This document shows, piece after piece, positions 40,390 through 50,011 of a stretch of DNA of 64,000 nucleotides. This DNA is from Glaciecola sp. (GTDB taxonomy: Bacteria > Pseudomonadota > Gammaproteobacteria > Enterobacterales > Alteromonadaceae). The stretch covers positions 11,028 to 75,027 of the forward strand of contig CBFIBG010000008.1 in the NCBI GenBank assembly GCA_965660815.1. Reading direction: 5' to 3'. The position numbers and the translations under genes were made by a program. Under the pieces are notes generated by a model. The model did not search any database. It was not told the origin of the DNA and was given only the letters and a program-made list of their open reading frames with translations. Every line of letters starts with the position of its first letter. The first letter of the stretch is position 1.

Positions 40390-43300
40390 TTGTTGAACGC
40401 ATTACCCGCAATTACACCACAAGATAACTTGTCATCACCAGTCATGGGGTTTATTCAAGCCCTGCAGTCTACTAAGTTCACTGGTGATGTAGATATGTCC
40501 TACTCTAGCCGAATGGCTGTTGCTACTGATAATTCTATTTATCAAAAATTGCCGCAGGCCGTCGTTTTTCCAAAAAGTGTTGAAGATTTATCGATTATCG
40601 CAAAATTGTCTTTAAATTTAGCGGATGTAACATTTAGCGCAAGAGGCGGGGGCACGGGAACAAATGGCCAATCATTGACTCCAGGTATTGTGGTGGACAC
40701 TTCAAGATACATGAACCGTATTTTGGAGTTGAATCTTGAAGAGAAGTGGGTAAAAGTTGAGTCTGGTGTCGTAAAAGATGCGTTAAATGATTTTCTAGCT
40801 CCTCACGGTTACTTTTTTTCACCTGACCTGTCTACCAGTAATCGCGCAACTATTGGCGGGATGATAAGCACTGACGCATCGGGTCAAGGCTCTCTTGTAT
40901 ATGGCAAAACAAGCGATCATTTACTCGGCCTTACTGCCATTTTATCTTCAGGCGATGTGTTGCATACTCAGCCCAAAGGTATTGATGAGATAAAAAAATT
41001 GGCGCAAGAGGACACGCCAATTGGAAAAATTTACAAACAAATAATGGATACTTGTGTCGACAAGCGTTCACAAATTATTGAGAAGTTTCCGCGTTTAAAT
41101 CGCTTTCTAACGGGATATGACCTTGAACATGCGTTTGATAACGAAAAGCAAACCATTGATGCTGGTAGATTAATTGCTGGAGCCGAAGGGTCTTTGGCCT
41201 TTATAGCTGAAGCAAAACTCAATATTACTAAAATCCCAAATTTCACGACTCTTGTGAATATCAAGTACAATAACTTTGAGTCAGCTTTACGTCACGCACC
41301 CAGCATGATTGAAGCTCAAGCCACTTCCGTTGAAACAGTTGATAGTAAAGTTTTGGGCCTTGCAAGGTCTGATATTATCTGGCATAGCGTGTCTGACCTA
41401 ATCAGTGAAGTCCCTAATCAACCAATGGATGGGTTGAATATGGTGGAATATAATAGTGATAACCAAGCGCATATCGACGAAAAAATAGAAACCTTAAAAG
41501 CCAGATTAGATTCCGAGATCGCAAATAAGCAAAATGGCGTCATTGGTTATCAGATCACATCAGACAAAGTTCAAATTAAAAAAGTGTACGCGATGCGTAA
41601 AAAGGCAGTTGGTCTGTTAGGCAAAACCAAAGGCAGTAAAAAGCCAATAGCATTTGCCGAAGACACTGCCGTACCTCCAGAGAATTTAGCAGATTTTATC
41701 ATGGAGTTTCGAGCACTTTTAGATTCACATAGCCTTGATTATGGGATGTTTGGTCACGTAGACGCAGGAGTTTTACATGTAAGACCAGCGCTTGATTTAT
41801 GCGATCCTGAGCAAGAAAAGCTTGTTAACAAGATATCAGACCAAGTAGTCGCACTTGTTGCAAAATACGGTGGACTTATGTGGGGAGAGCACGGCAAGGG
41901 TTATAGAAGCCAATATGCCCCTGAGTTTTTTGGAGAGGAACTTTACACTGAGCTGAGGAAACTCAAATCGGCGTTTGACCCTAATAACAAAATGAATCCG
42001 GGCAAGATATGCACTCCTATCGATTCTACTGCTAATCTTGTGCAGGTGTCCGACGTAAAACGTGCTACTTATGACCGCGTCATTCCTATTGCTTACAAAC
42101 AAGAGTTTGAACCTGCTATGAGTTGCAATGGCAATGGTCTTTGTTTTAACTACGACACGACGTCACCTATGTGTCCATCGAGCAAAATTACGCAGGACAG
42201 ACGTCATAGCCCTAAAGGCAGAGCTACACTTATTCGGGAATGGTTATACCAGCTTAACCAACATGGCTTTGCTGCTGACAGCATTTCTCCGGCTTCGTTC
42301 TCTGGTAATGTATTTTCAAAATTCAAGAGATTGTTAAATCCTAAAGACGACTTTAATCACGAGGTGTTTGAAGCAATGAATGGGTGCTTGGCCTGTAAAT
42401 CGTGTTCAAGCCAATGTCCAGTAGGAGTTGACGTTCCTGATTTTAGAGCGAAATTTTTGGCGATATACTACACGAGGTATTTCAGGCCGTTAAAAGACTA
42501 CTTTGTGGCTCATGTTGAAACTCTAACGCCTTTAATGGCCAAAGCACCAAAGTTTTTTAACGCGCTAACTCAGTCGACGGTGAGCGCATGGGTATTGAAA
42601 AAAACCATCGGTTATGTCGATACTCCAGAATTGTCGTCCCCACCCTTAGCCAAGCGTGTTGACGACTATTGTAAGGTATTGGATAACGATTCAATGTTGA
42701 CGTCTCTTGAGAGTTTAAGCGCTTCTGAGCGATCAAAACACATTCTCATTGTTCAAGATCCGTTTACTTCTTTTTATGACGCAAGTGTCGTGGAACATCT
42801 CGCCCTATTTGCGAGCAAAATCGGTAAACAACCAATACTTCTCCCATTTTCACCCAATGGAAAGCCTCAGCACGTCAAAGGCTTTTTAAAAGAGTTTGAA
42901 AAAACCGCTCAAAAAACCAGTGAGTTTTTAAATAAAGTGGCGAAACTTAATATACCAATGGTGGGAGCTGATGCATCACTTGTGCTTTGTTATCGTGATG
43001 AGTACGTAAAAACGCTTGGCATTCAAGCTCACAATTTTTCTGTATATACGGTGTCTGAGTGGTTGAATGATATTTGTGATGAATTACCTCGAAACAAGAT
43101 TGATACAGAAGATACTCATTATCAATTGCTTGCTCATTGCTCAGAAAAAACTGCGATACCCGAGACGGAAACTACTTGGAAAAATATATACGAGCATTTT
43201 GGACTTAATCTTACCCCGATGTCTGTGGGTTGTTGCGGTATGGCAGGGACTTACGGCCATGAATTAGAACACTTTGATAACTCAAAGGGGATTTACGAGT

Positions 43301-43431
43301 TAAGCTGGTCAACTAGAGCGAAAAATGACAATATTCTGGTGACAGGATATTCGTGCAGAAGCCAGGTAAAACGCTTTGAAAAGTTTAGACCTAAACATCC
43401 CATAGAAGTACTAGCAACGCTGCTAGATTAG
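40390..43431 (+). CDS. ydiJ: FAD-binding + 4Fe-4S + CCG-domain oxidoreductase (YdiJ-like D-2-hydroxyglutarate dehydrogenase)
   Basis: 1013 aa. FAD-binding PCMH region (RGGGTGTNGQS), ferredoxin motif CLACKSCSSQCP, C-terminal Cys-rich domain (CCGMAGTYG). The neighbourhood with ppsA/ppsR matches E. coli. Confidence 0.85.
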   Translation: MLNALPAITPQDNLSSPVMGFIQALQSTKFTGDVDMSYSSRMAVATDNSIYQKLPQAVVFPKSVEDLSIIAKLSLNLADVTFSARGGGTGTNGQSLTPGIVVDTSRYMNRILELNLEEKWVKVESGVVKDALNDFLAPHGYFFSPDLSTSNRATIGGMISTDASGQGSLVYGKTSDHLLGLTAILSSGDVLHTQPKGIDEIKKLAQEDTPIGKIYKQIMDTCVDKRSQIIEKFPRLNRFLTGYDLEHAFDNEKQTIDAGRLIAGAEGSLAFIAEAKLNITKIPNFTTLVNIKYNNFESALRHAPSMIEAQATSVETVDSKVLGLARSDIIWHSVSDLISEVPNQPMDGLNMVEYNSDNQAHIDEKIETLKARLDSEIANKQNGVIGYQITSDKVQIKKVYAMRKKAVGLLGKTKGSKKPIAFAEDTAVPPENLADFIMEFRALLDSHSLDYGMFGHVDAGVLHVRPALDLCDPEQEKLVNKISDQVVALVAKYGGLMWGEHGKGYRSQYAPEFFGEELYTELRKLKSAFDPNNKMNPGKICTPIDSTANLVQVSDVKRATYDRVIPIAYKQEFEPAMSCNGNGLCFNYDTTSPMCPSSKITQDRRHSPKGRATLIREWLYQLNQHGFAADSISPASFSGNVFSKFKRLLNPKDDFNHEVFEAMNGCLACKSCSSQCPVGVDVPDFRAKFLAIYYTRYFRPLKDYFVAHVETLTPLMAKAPKFFNALTQSTVSAWVLKKTIGYVDTPELSSPPLAKRVDDYCKVLDNDSMLTSLESLSASERSKHILIVQDPFTSFYDASVVEHLALFASKIGKQPILLPFSPNGKPQHVKGFLKEFEKTAQKTSEFLNKVAKLNIPMVGADASLVLCYRDEYVKTLGIQAHNFSVYTVSEWLNDICDELPRNKIDTEDTHYQLLAHCSEKTAIPETETTWKNIYEHFGLNLTPMSVGCCGMAGTYGHELEHFDNSKGIYELSWSTRAKNDNILVTGYSCRSQVKRFEKFRPKHPIEVLATLLD

Positions 43432-43503
43432 ATTGTTTGAATGGTTTAGGTGGCAATATATGGCGCATACTTTTGTGTTAATAATAATTAGAAAGAGAAA
43501 ATA

Positions 43504-43941
43504 ATGGAATTATCCTATCAACCTTCCAGTGAAAAGAACCCCGTTACTGATCAATCTAGTCTCGAGCAATGGGTAAGAGAACAATTTCAACGGGCAAACA
43601 TGCATTTAGCTAAAAATGGCATATTGTTTGACACTGTATTCACTGAAAACTGTCGTTATCTTGCTCCTACACTGGCTGTTTGGAAAATCAAAGACAGAGA
43701 CAACAAGGCGTATTGGGTAATTTCTGGCGACGTTCCGGTTGATTTTTTGACTGCGACAGTAGCGGCAAACGCCAGAGAAGCAACGAAACATTTCTCATTG
43801 GCTTGGCAATTAAAAGCGGAAGCAATAATGAGCGAACCGTCTTCTGATCCAGTGCAAAATGATTTCGCGGAGTTATTGATTAAAAAAGCTGAAATGCTGT
43901 ATCAAATGCAAGCTAAAGATGAATGGTGGAGCAACGAGTAA
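43504..43941 (+). CDS. hypothetical protein (possibly DUF4826-like)
   Basis: Clean 145-aa ORF with an upstream AGAAAGAGAAA purine tract. The family name is from memory only. Confidence 0.55.
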   Translation: MELSYQPSSEKNPVTDQSSLEQWVREQFQRANMHLAKNGILFDTVFTENCRYLAPTLAVWKIKDRDNKAYWVISGDVPVDFLTATVAANAREATKHFSLAWQLKAEAIMSEPSSDPVQNDFAELLIKKAEMLYQMQAKDEWWSNE

Positions 43942-43951
43942 ACAATTGCGA

Positions 43952-43987
43952 TGCGTATCTTACTGTTTAAACTGACAAGATACGCAC
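43952..43987. terminator. Hairpin between convergent genes
   Basis: TGCGTATCTT-16 nt-AAGATACGCA. Confidence 0.5.
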
Positions 43988-44004
43988 TCTTTAAACACAC
44001 AGTA

Positions 44005-44298
44005 TCACTCTTCTGTGTTCGTAATTTCAGATATCTTAGCAGTGTGTGATTGTCCTTTTTGTAACTTTCCTTGTTGTTTGACGACCTTAATATCCTGATC
44101 TTTATACAATTGTAATGCCGGCAGAACGAGAACAAATTGCTCCAAATTTATGTTCTTTTTTTGCTTGTCAGACACTATTTGTACCAATTCTTCTTTGCTG
44201 AGTAATTGCTTCTGCAATTCGGTATTTTCAATAGGCATTGATGCCTGAATAGGTGTCAAATTTGAAACCAATGAGATTAAAGGTATAGAAATGTTCAT
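44005..44298 (-). CDS. hypothetical small protein (97 aa)
   Basis: ATG preceded by AAGGA at 7 nt. Hydrophobic N-terminus and Lys/Gln-rich remainder. No family recognised. Confidence 0.45.
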   Translation of the reverse strand: MNISIPLISLVSNLTPIQASMPIENTELQKQLLSKEELVQIVSDKQKKNINLEQFVLVLPALQLYKDQDIKVVKQQGKLQKGQSHTAKISEITNTEE

Positions 44299-44508
44299 TC
44301 ATAAATCCTTAAAGTATGTTAATAAAAATAATCAATTTTTAAATAATGGTTAATTAAATTGATGAAAATATAAATTATTGAAATAAATTAATTTATTCAG
44401 TAATTTCAAAGAATGTTACGGCAGTAAATGAAAAAAGATAAACAATATATATTGATTTTTTACATTAGAAAAACTAATCTTTAATACAGTATTTATTGGA
44501 ACTGATTT

Positions 44509-45396
44509 ATGCACAAACGATTGCCTCCACTTAACTCACTAAAAGCATTTGAATCCGCTGCTAGAAATTTGAGCTTTACCAAAGCGGCGGACGAATTATT
44601 TGTTACTCAGGCCGCTATAAGTCATCAAATTAAAAGTTTGGAGAGTTATTTATCAATAAAACTATTCCATCGGAGAAATCGTGCCCTTTTATTAACAGAA
44701 GAAGGTCAATCGTATTTTCATGATTTACGTGATATTTTTCAAAATATGCAAGAGGCCACCGAGCGATTGGTTGCACTTGGCTCAAAAGGAGCAATAACAA
44801 TTGCAACACCTCCAAGTTTTGCAGCAAAGTGGCTTGTTCCCAAATTGCATGAGTTTTCATCGTTGCATTCAGACATTGATGTGCGAATTAAAGCGGTTGA
44901 CAGTGACGAAGGTTTCTTAGATGACTCTGTTGATATTGCCGTTTACTATGGCAAAGGGAAATGGCAGGGGTTAAAAAGTATTAATCTGTTAAGGGAGTTT
45001 TTGACTCCAATGTGCTCACCTTTACTTTTGCAGCGTGGAAAGGCTTTAACTCACCTAAAAGATCTCGAGAATCATACATTATTGCACGACAATACCAGAA
45101 GAGCGTGGAAAACATGGCTACAACATTTCAATATAAATCATATTAATGTAAATCATGGTCCCATTTTTAGCCACACTATGCTGGTGTTGCAAGCGGCGAG
45201 CAATGGGCAAGGCATTGCTTTATCAGATACCGTTCTGGCGAAACCAGAACTAGAAAGCGGGCGGCTAATATGTCCCTTTTCAGAAAAGATCGAGTCTATT
45301 AATGCCCATTATCTGGTGTGCAAAGAATCTCAAGCAGAGATAAATAAAATTAGAGTGTTCAGTGATTGGATGCTAGATATGGTTGCGCGAGATTAA
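44509..45396 (+). CDS. gcvA: LysR-type regulator, glycine cleavage system activator GcvA
   Basis: KRLPPLNSLKAFESAARNLSFTKAADELFVTQAAISHQIKSLE...LLTEEGQSYF...GPIFSHTMLVLQAA is near-colinear with E. coli GcvA. ygdD-rlmM follow, as in E. coli. Confidence 0.88.
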   Translation: MHKRLPPLNSLKAFESAARNLSFTKAADELFVTQAAISHQIKSLESYLSIKLFHRRNRALLLTEEGQSYFHDLRDIFQNMQEATERLVALGSKGAITIATPPSFAAKWLVPKLHEFSSLHSDIDVRIKAVDSDEGFLDDSVDIAVYYGKGKWQGLKSINLLREFLTPMCSPLLLQRGKALTHLKDLENHTLLHDNTRRAWKTWLQHFNINHINVNHGPIFSHTMLVLQAASNGQGIALSDTVLAKPELESGRLICPFSEKIESINAHYLVCKESQAEINKIRVFSDWMLDMVARD

Positions 45397-45453
45397 GGCA
45401 TTGACTGATGGTCACTTAATCAACATATATTGGATTTGTAAGTAAAGGTTTAT

Positions 45454-45882
45454 ATGATAAAAAGCAAATCGATGAATTTCAAAATATGGTTTATCTTAGC
45501 ATCGAGCTTGGCTCTCTTAAGTGTTGCTATGGGGGCGTTTGCTGCGCATGCTTTAAAAGAACAGTTAGGTGAATATGAGTTATCGATTGTAGAGACAGCC
45601 GCAAGGTATCAAATGTACCATGCTTTGGCGATGTTCCTAGTCACGTTATTAGCGCTTCTACTTTGGCGGCAAAGAGGTCATTCTAGAGTGCTGTTGTGCG
45701 TAAATTATGCTTTTACTATAGGGATTCTATTGTTTTCAGGTAGTTTGTATGCATTGGCACTGCTCGGTTTCAAATGGCTGGTGTATGTAACACCAATCGG
45801 TGGGATTGCATTATTAGTGGCGTGGATTCTTTTAATTCGGTTTTGTGCCAAAACCGAGTTTGAATCGATTTTAAACGAGTAA
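45454..45882 (+). CDS. ygdD: DUF423 family inner-membrane protein (YgdD-like)
   Basis: Four TM helices. GAFAAHAL and YQMYHALA motifs. RBS AAAGG. Confidence 0.8.
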   Translation: MIKSKSMNFKIWFILASSLALLSVAMGAFAAHALKEQLGEYELSIVETAARYQMYHALAMFLVTLLALLLWRQRGHSRVLLCVNYAFTIGILLFSGSLYALALLGFKWLVYVTPIGGIALLVAWILLIRFCAKTEFESILNE

Positions 45883-45886
45883 ACTC

Positions 45887-47023
45887 ATGCAGTGTGTTTT
45901 TTATTGTAGGTCAGGCTATGAATCAGACGTAACATTGGAACTTGAAACTAAGTTAGCAGAAAAAGGACTTTATGGGTTTGCTAAGTATTCAAAAAATCAA
46001 GGATACATTCATTACACATTGTTAAATGTCCCCAAGTCCAATTTTGTAAATGCTCTTGAAGTATTGAAACAGTTGCCAAGTTGGCAGGGATTAGTATTTG
46101 CAAGACAAAAATTAATTGAAGTATCTTGCATTGAGCTATCAAAAGAAGATCGTATTTCGCCAATATTAAAAGCTCTTCGCGATAGTGATTTTTCATTATG
46201 TGGCGACCTGTTTATTGAATACCCAGATACAGAGTCTGGAAAGCAAATCGCCAAATTCTGTAAAAAATTTACCGTCGTTATGCGTCAAGCATTGAGAAAA
46301 CACCGTATTCTTAGCAAACAACCTAATCCATCTTTACCATATATTCATATTTTGTTTGAGACGAGCGAGCGATGCAGTATTTGTGTCAGTGCAAGTGGCG
46401 ACAGAAGTGAGTATCCATTAGGTATCAAACGACTCAAAATGCCCCAAAATGCACCTAGTAGATCCGTGCTAAAATTAGAAGAGGCGATGAATAGTTTTTT
46501 CACTAAAAGCCAGCAGGAAGCCCTTTTTAAAACCAGTATGCTTTCGGTCGATTTAGGCGCTTGTCCTGGCGGCTGGACGTATCAATTGGTCCAACACGGA
46601 TTGAATGTCGAAGCGGTTGACCATGGCCTGATAGATGACAACCTTATGCAAACGGGCAAGGTAAAACATTTTTCGGAAGATGGTTTTAAGTATCGCCCTG
46701 TTCATGGCCATGTTGACTGGTTAGTATGCGACATGATTGAACAGCCTACGAGAGTGTCACAACTAATACTACAATGGATGATGAGCGGATGGGCAAACGC
46801 CAGCATATTTAACCTTAAACTGCCAATGAGCAAAAGAGCCAAGGTCGTTTTTCCGATACTTGACGATATTAAGAGTAAGTTGTTGGGTAAATACCCAGAT
46901 GCCATCATCAAGGCGAAACACTTGTATCATAATCGCGACGAGGTAACGGTACTAATCATCGTTAATAGTCAAATGTTAAACGATTTTAAAACGTTAGAGC
47001 ACAACACAAAATCTGAATATTGA
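45887..47023 (+). CDS. rlmM: 23S rRNA (cytidine2498-2'-O)-methyltransferase
   Basis: APSRSVLKLEEA, VDLGACPGGWTYQLV, VCDMIEQP, FNLKLPMSKR and LYHNRDEVTV match E. coli RlmM. Confidence 0.88.
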   Translation: MQCVFYCRSGYESDVTLELETKLAEKGLYGFAKYSKNQGYIHYTLLNVPKSNFVNALEVLKQLPSWQGLVFARQKLIEVSCIELSKEDRISPILKALRDSDFSLCGDLFIEYPDTESGKQIAKFCKKFTVVMRQALRKHRILSKQPNPSLPYIHILFETSERCSICVSASGDRSEYPLGIKRLKMPQNAPSRSVLKLEEAMNSFFTKSQQEALFKTSMLSVDLGACPGGWTYQLVQHGLNVEAVDHGLIDDNLMQTGKVKHFSEDGFKYRPVHGHVDWLVCDMIEQPTRVSQLILQWMMSGWANASIFNLKLPMSKRAKVVFPILDDIKSKLLGKYPDAIIKAKHLYHNRDEVTVLIIVNSQMLNDFKTLEHNTKSEY

Positions 47024-47214
47024 AAAACATAACCCTCAACCCTATTTAACACGTAGCCATCGATGCGCTTTTGGCATTCTTTGAATGAATATTAACCCTT
47101 ATTTATACCTATTTTTGTATAGATTTAAAAATTTACGTTTAAAGTGGTGTAATTTCTGCTCAATGATCTATATAATTCGCCCGAAATTTTTAACGAACCA
47201 ATTAAGTGGATAGC

Positions 47215-49305
47215 ATGTCTGATTTATCTCATTACAGAAACATTGGTATTTTTGCTCACGTAGACGCGGGTAAAACGACCACGACAGAAAGAATTTTGAA
47301 ACTAACGGGTAAAATCCATAAAACCGGTGAAGTACACGACGGTGAATCAACTACCGACTTCATGGAGCAAGAAGCTGAGCGCGGTATAACCATTCAGTCA
47401 GCTGCAACCACATGTTTCTGGAAAGATCATAGAATGAATATCATTGATACTCCAGGGCACGTTGACTTCACGGTTGAAGTTTATCGTTCTTTGAAAGTGT
47501 TAGACGGTGGTGTTGGTGTATTTTGTGGTTCTGGTGGTGTTGAACCTCAGTCAGAAACTAACTGGCGCTATGCTAACGAATCAGAGGTTGCACGTGTTAT
47601 CTTTGTTAACAAATTAGACCGTATGGGTGCTGATTTTTACCGTGTTGTTAAGCAAGTTAAAGACGTACTTGGCGCTAACCCTTTGGTTATGGCACTGCCT
47701 ATCGGCATTGAAGACGATTTCGTGGGCATTGTTGATGTACTTGAGAAGAAAGCCTACATCTGGGACGACACTGGGCTTCCAGAAAATTACGAAGTGACTG
47801 ATGTTCCTGCGGACATGGTAGACAAAGTTAACGAGTACCATGAGCAATTGGTTGAAACTGCTGTAGAGCAAGACGACGATTTAATGATGGCGTACATGGA
47901 TGGAGAAGAGCCTTCAATTGAAGATCTCAAGCGTTGTATTCGTGACGGTACTCGTAAGTTAGATTTCTTCCCAACTTACTGTGGTTCGGCGTTTAAAAAC
48001 AAAGGTGTTCAAAATGTTCTTGACGCCGTTGTTGACTACTTGCCAAGCCCAACAGAAGTTGATCCTCAAGATCTAACCGATCCTGAAACAGGCGAAGCGA
48101 CAGGCGAAAAAGCCTTGGTGTCTGTTGACGAACCATTCAGAGCACTAGCATTTAAAATAATGGACGACCGTTTCGGCGCGTTAACCTTTATCCGTGTGTA
48201 CTCCGGTGTGTTGAACAAGGGTGATACCATTCTTAACTCCGCGACCGGTAAAACAGAGCGTATTGGCCGAATGGTTGAAATGCACGCCGATGACCGTACC
48301 GAACTAAGCAGTGCAAAAGCGGGTGATATCATTGCAATTGTTGGTATGAAAAACGTGCAAACCGGTCACACACTTTGCGATCCGAAACACGAATGTACGC
48401 TTGAACCAATGATCTTCCCAGATCCGGTAATTTCTATTGCTGTTGCGCCTAAAGATAAAGGCTCGACAGAAAAAATGGGTATCGCGATTGGTAAAATGGT
48501 TGCTGAAGATCCGTCATTCCAAGTTGAAACTGACGAAGACTCAGGCGAGACTATTCTTAAGGGAATGGGTGAGCTTCACTTAGACATTAAAGTAGATATT
48601 TTAAAGCGTACATACGGCGTAGACTTAGTGGTTGGTCAGCCTCAGGTTGCATATCGCGAAACTATTACGACGCCGGTTGAAGATTCTTACACGCACAAGA
48701 AACAATCTGGTGGTTCTGGTCAGTTTGGTAAAATTGACTATAAAATCCGTCCAGGCGAGCCAAACAGCGGCTTTGTTTTCACATCTACCGTGGTAGGTGG
48801 TAACGTACCTAAAGAATTCTTCCCAGCTATCGAGAAAGGTTTTAAAGGTATGATGGCAGAAGGCGTGTTGGCTGGATTCCCAGTACTAGACGTTGAAATT
48901 GAATTGTTCGACGGTGGATTCCACGCGGTTGACTCCTCAGCTGTCGCGTTTGAGATTGCTGCTAAAGGCGCATTCCGTCAATCCATCCCTAAAGCTGGAC
49001 CTCAGTTAATTGAACCAATCATGAAAGTTGATGTGTTTACACCTGAAGACCACGTTGGTGATGTTATTGGTGATTTAAACCGTCGTCGTGGCATGATTAA
49101 AGACCAAGAAGCGGGTGCGACAGGCGTACGTGTTAAAGCAGACGTTCCACTTTCTGAAATGTTTGGCTATATCGGTCACCTGCGTACAATGACATCTGGT
49201 CGTGGCCAGTTCTCTAGGGAGTTCTCGCACTACAACCCATGTCCTGCTAACGTGTCTGAAAAAGTAATTGAAGAAGTTAAAGCGCGTAAAGAAGCGAAAA
49301 AGTAA
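47215..49305 (+). CDS. fusA: elongation factor G (stand-alone copy, outside an rpsL-rpsG-tuf context)
   Basis: [41 protein letters not shown], and domain IV/V motifs through to ...ARKEAKK. Confidence 0.93.
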   Translation: MSDLSHYRNIGIFAHVDAGKTTTTERILKLTGKIHKTGEVHDGESTTDFMEQEAERGITIQSAATTCFWKDHRMNIIDTPGHVDFTVEVYRSLKVLDGGVGVFCGSGGVEPQSETNWRYANESEVARVIFVNKLDRMGADFYRVVKQVKDVLGANPLVMALPIGIEDDFVGIVDVLEKKAYIWDDTGLPENYEVTDVPADMVDKVNEYHEQLVETAVEQDDDLMMAYMDGEEPSIEDLKRCIRDGTRKLDFFPTYCGSAFKNKGVQNVLDAVVDYLPSPTEVDPQDLTDPETGEATGEKALVSVDEPFRALAFKIMDDRFGALTFIRVYSGVLNKGDTILNSATGKTERIGRMVEMHADDRTELSSAKAGDIIAIVGMKNVQTGHTLCDPKHECTLEPMIFPDPVISIAVAPKDKGSTEKMGIAIGKMVAEDPSFQVETDEDSGETILKGMGELHLDIKVDILKRTYGVDLVVGQPQVAYRETITTPVEDSYTHKKQSGGSGQFGKIDYKIRPGEPNSGFVFTSTVVGGNVPKEFFPAIEKGFKGMMAEGVLAGFPVLDVEIELFDGGFHAVDSSAVAFEIAAKGAFRQSIPKAGPQLIEPIMKVDVFTPEDHVGDVIGDLNRRRGMIKDQEAGATGVRVKADVPLSEMFGYIGHLRTMTSGRGQFSREFSHYNPCPANVSEKVIEEVKARKEAKK

Positions 49306-49363
49306 CAGTTCTTTAAATACCTTGATTTTGTCATAGTTTTATAACTTGACGTGATTTTAAAAA

Positions 49364-49392
49364 AACCAGTGACCTCAGTTGCTGGTTTTTTT
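49364..49392 (+). terminator. Intrinsic terminator after fusA
   Basis: AACCAGTGAC-CTCA-GTTGCTGGTT (with G-U pairs) followed by T7. Confidence 0.8.
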
Positions 49393-50011
49393 ATGCCTTT
49401 GAAACACTTGATTCAAGATAGTCAAATTAATCGCGACTCTTCGGTTTATTGGTTCAAGGTTGTAGGTCTGGACTTGTATGTTTGCTAATAGACCGATTTG
49501 AAACAGGGAACATATTCAAACAGATTAATCATCACATTTTTGCGCGTTTGCATTTTTTTAAAGCAAAGGCGATCACAATCAGTGCAAAATAACGAGTAAA
49601 CATTTTCCCATATTACTTAAATATATGAATTTATTACTTAAAAAAAATGGCATCAAACTTGTATTATGAGTAATGTGTGTGTAAGTGTGTGACATGTAGT
49701 AGTGTGCATGTTATGCGAGCGATCGGCTGTCCTATCTCAGTTCCTTGGTAGGGCAGCCACTTTACTATTTCCATCATCAATCGACACCAAGTTGTGTGAC
49801 ATCGTTGTCATTATAAATGCCCCGTAACCATCGACGATACTATCCGTACTTGTGGGATTTGTACTCTAAACAAACCATCAGAATAAAAGACCGTAGGCCT
49901 TCAATCGCGGCTGCTAGTTTTTTTACTCGGAATACGCCCTTCATAGTTATGTTGAGAACGACGCTTTAGATAAGTTAATTGCTAACAATCAGCATACTTA
50001 GTTAATACGTT

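Noticed and set aside
43902-44135. 77-aa minus-strand ORF overlapping the 97-aa ORF
   Set aside because: It is in a different frame from the 44005-44298 ORF, which has a good AAGGA RBS. This one crosses the convergent-gene hairpin and lacks a start context.
49671-49710. GT-rich tract (GTGTGTGTAAGTGTGTGACATGTAGTAGTGTGCATG) as a microsatellite or phase-variation repeat
   Set aside because: It is not a perfect repeat unit, and it is neither within nor immediately upstream of a gene.
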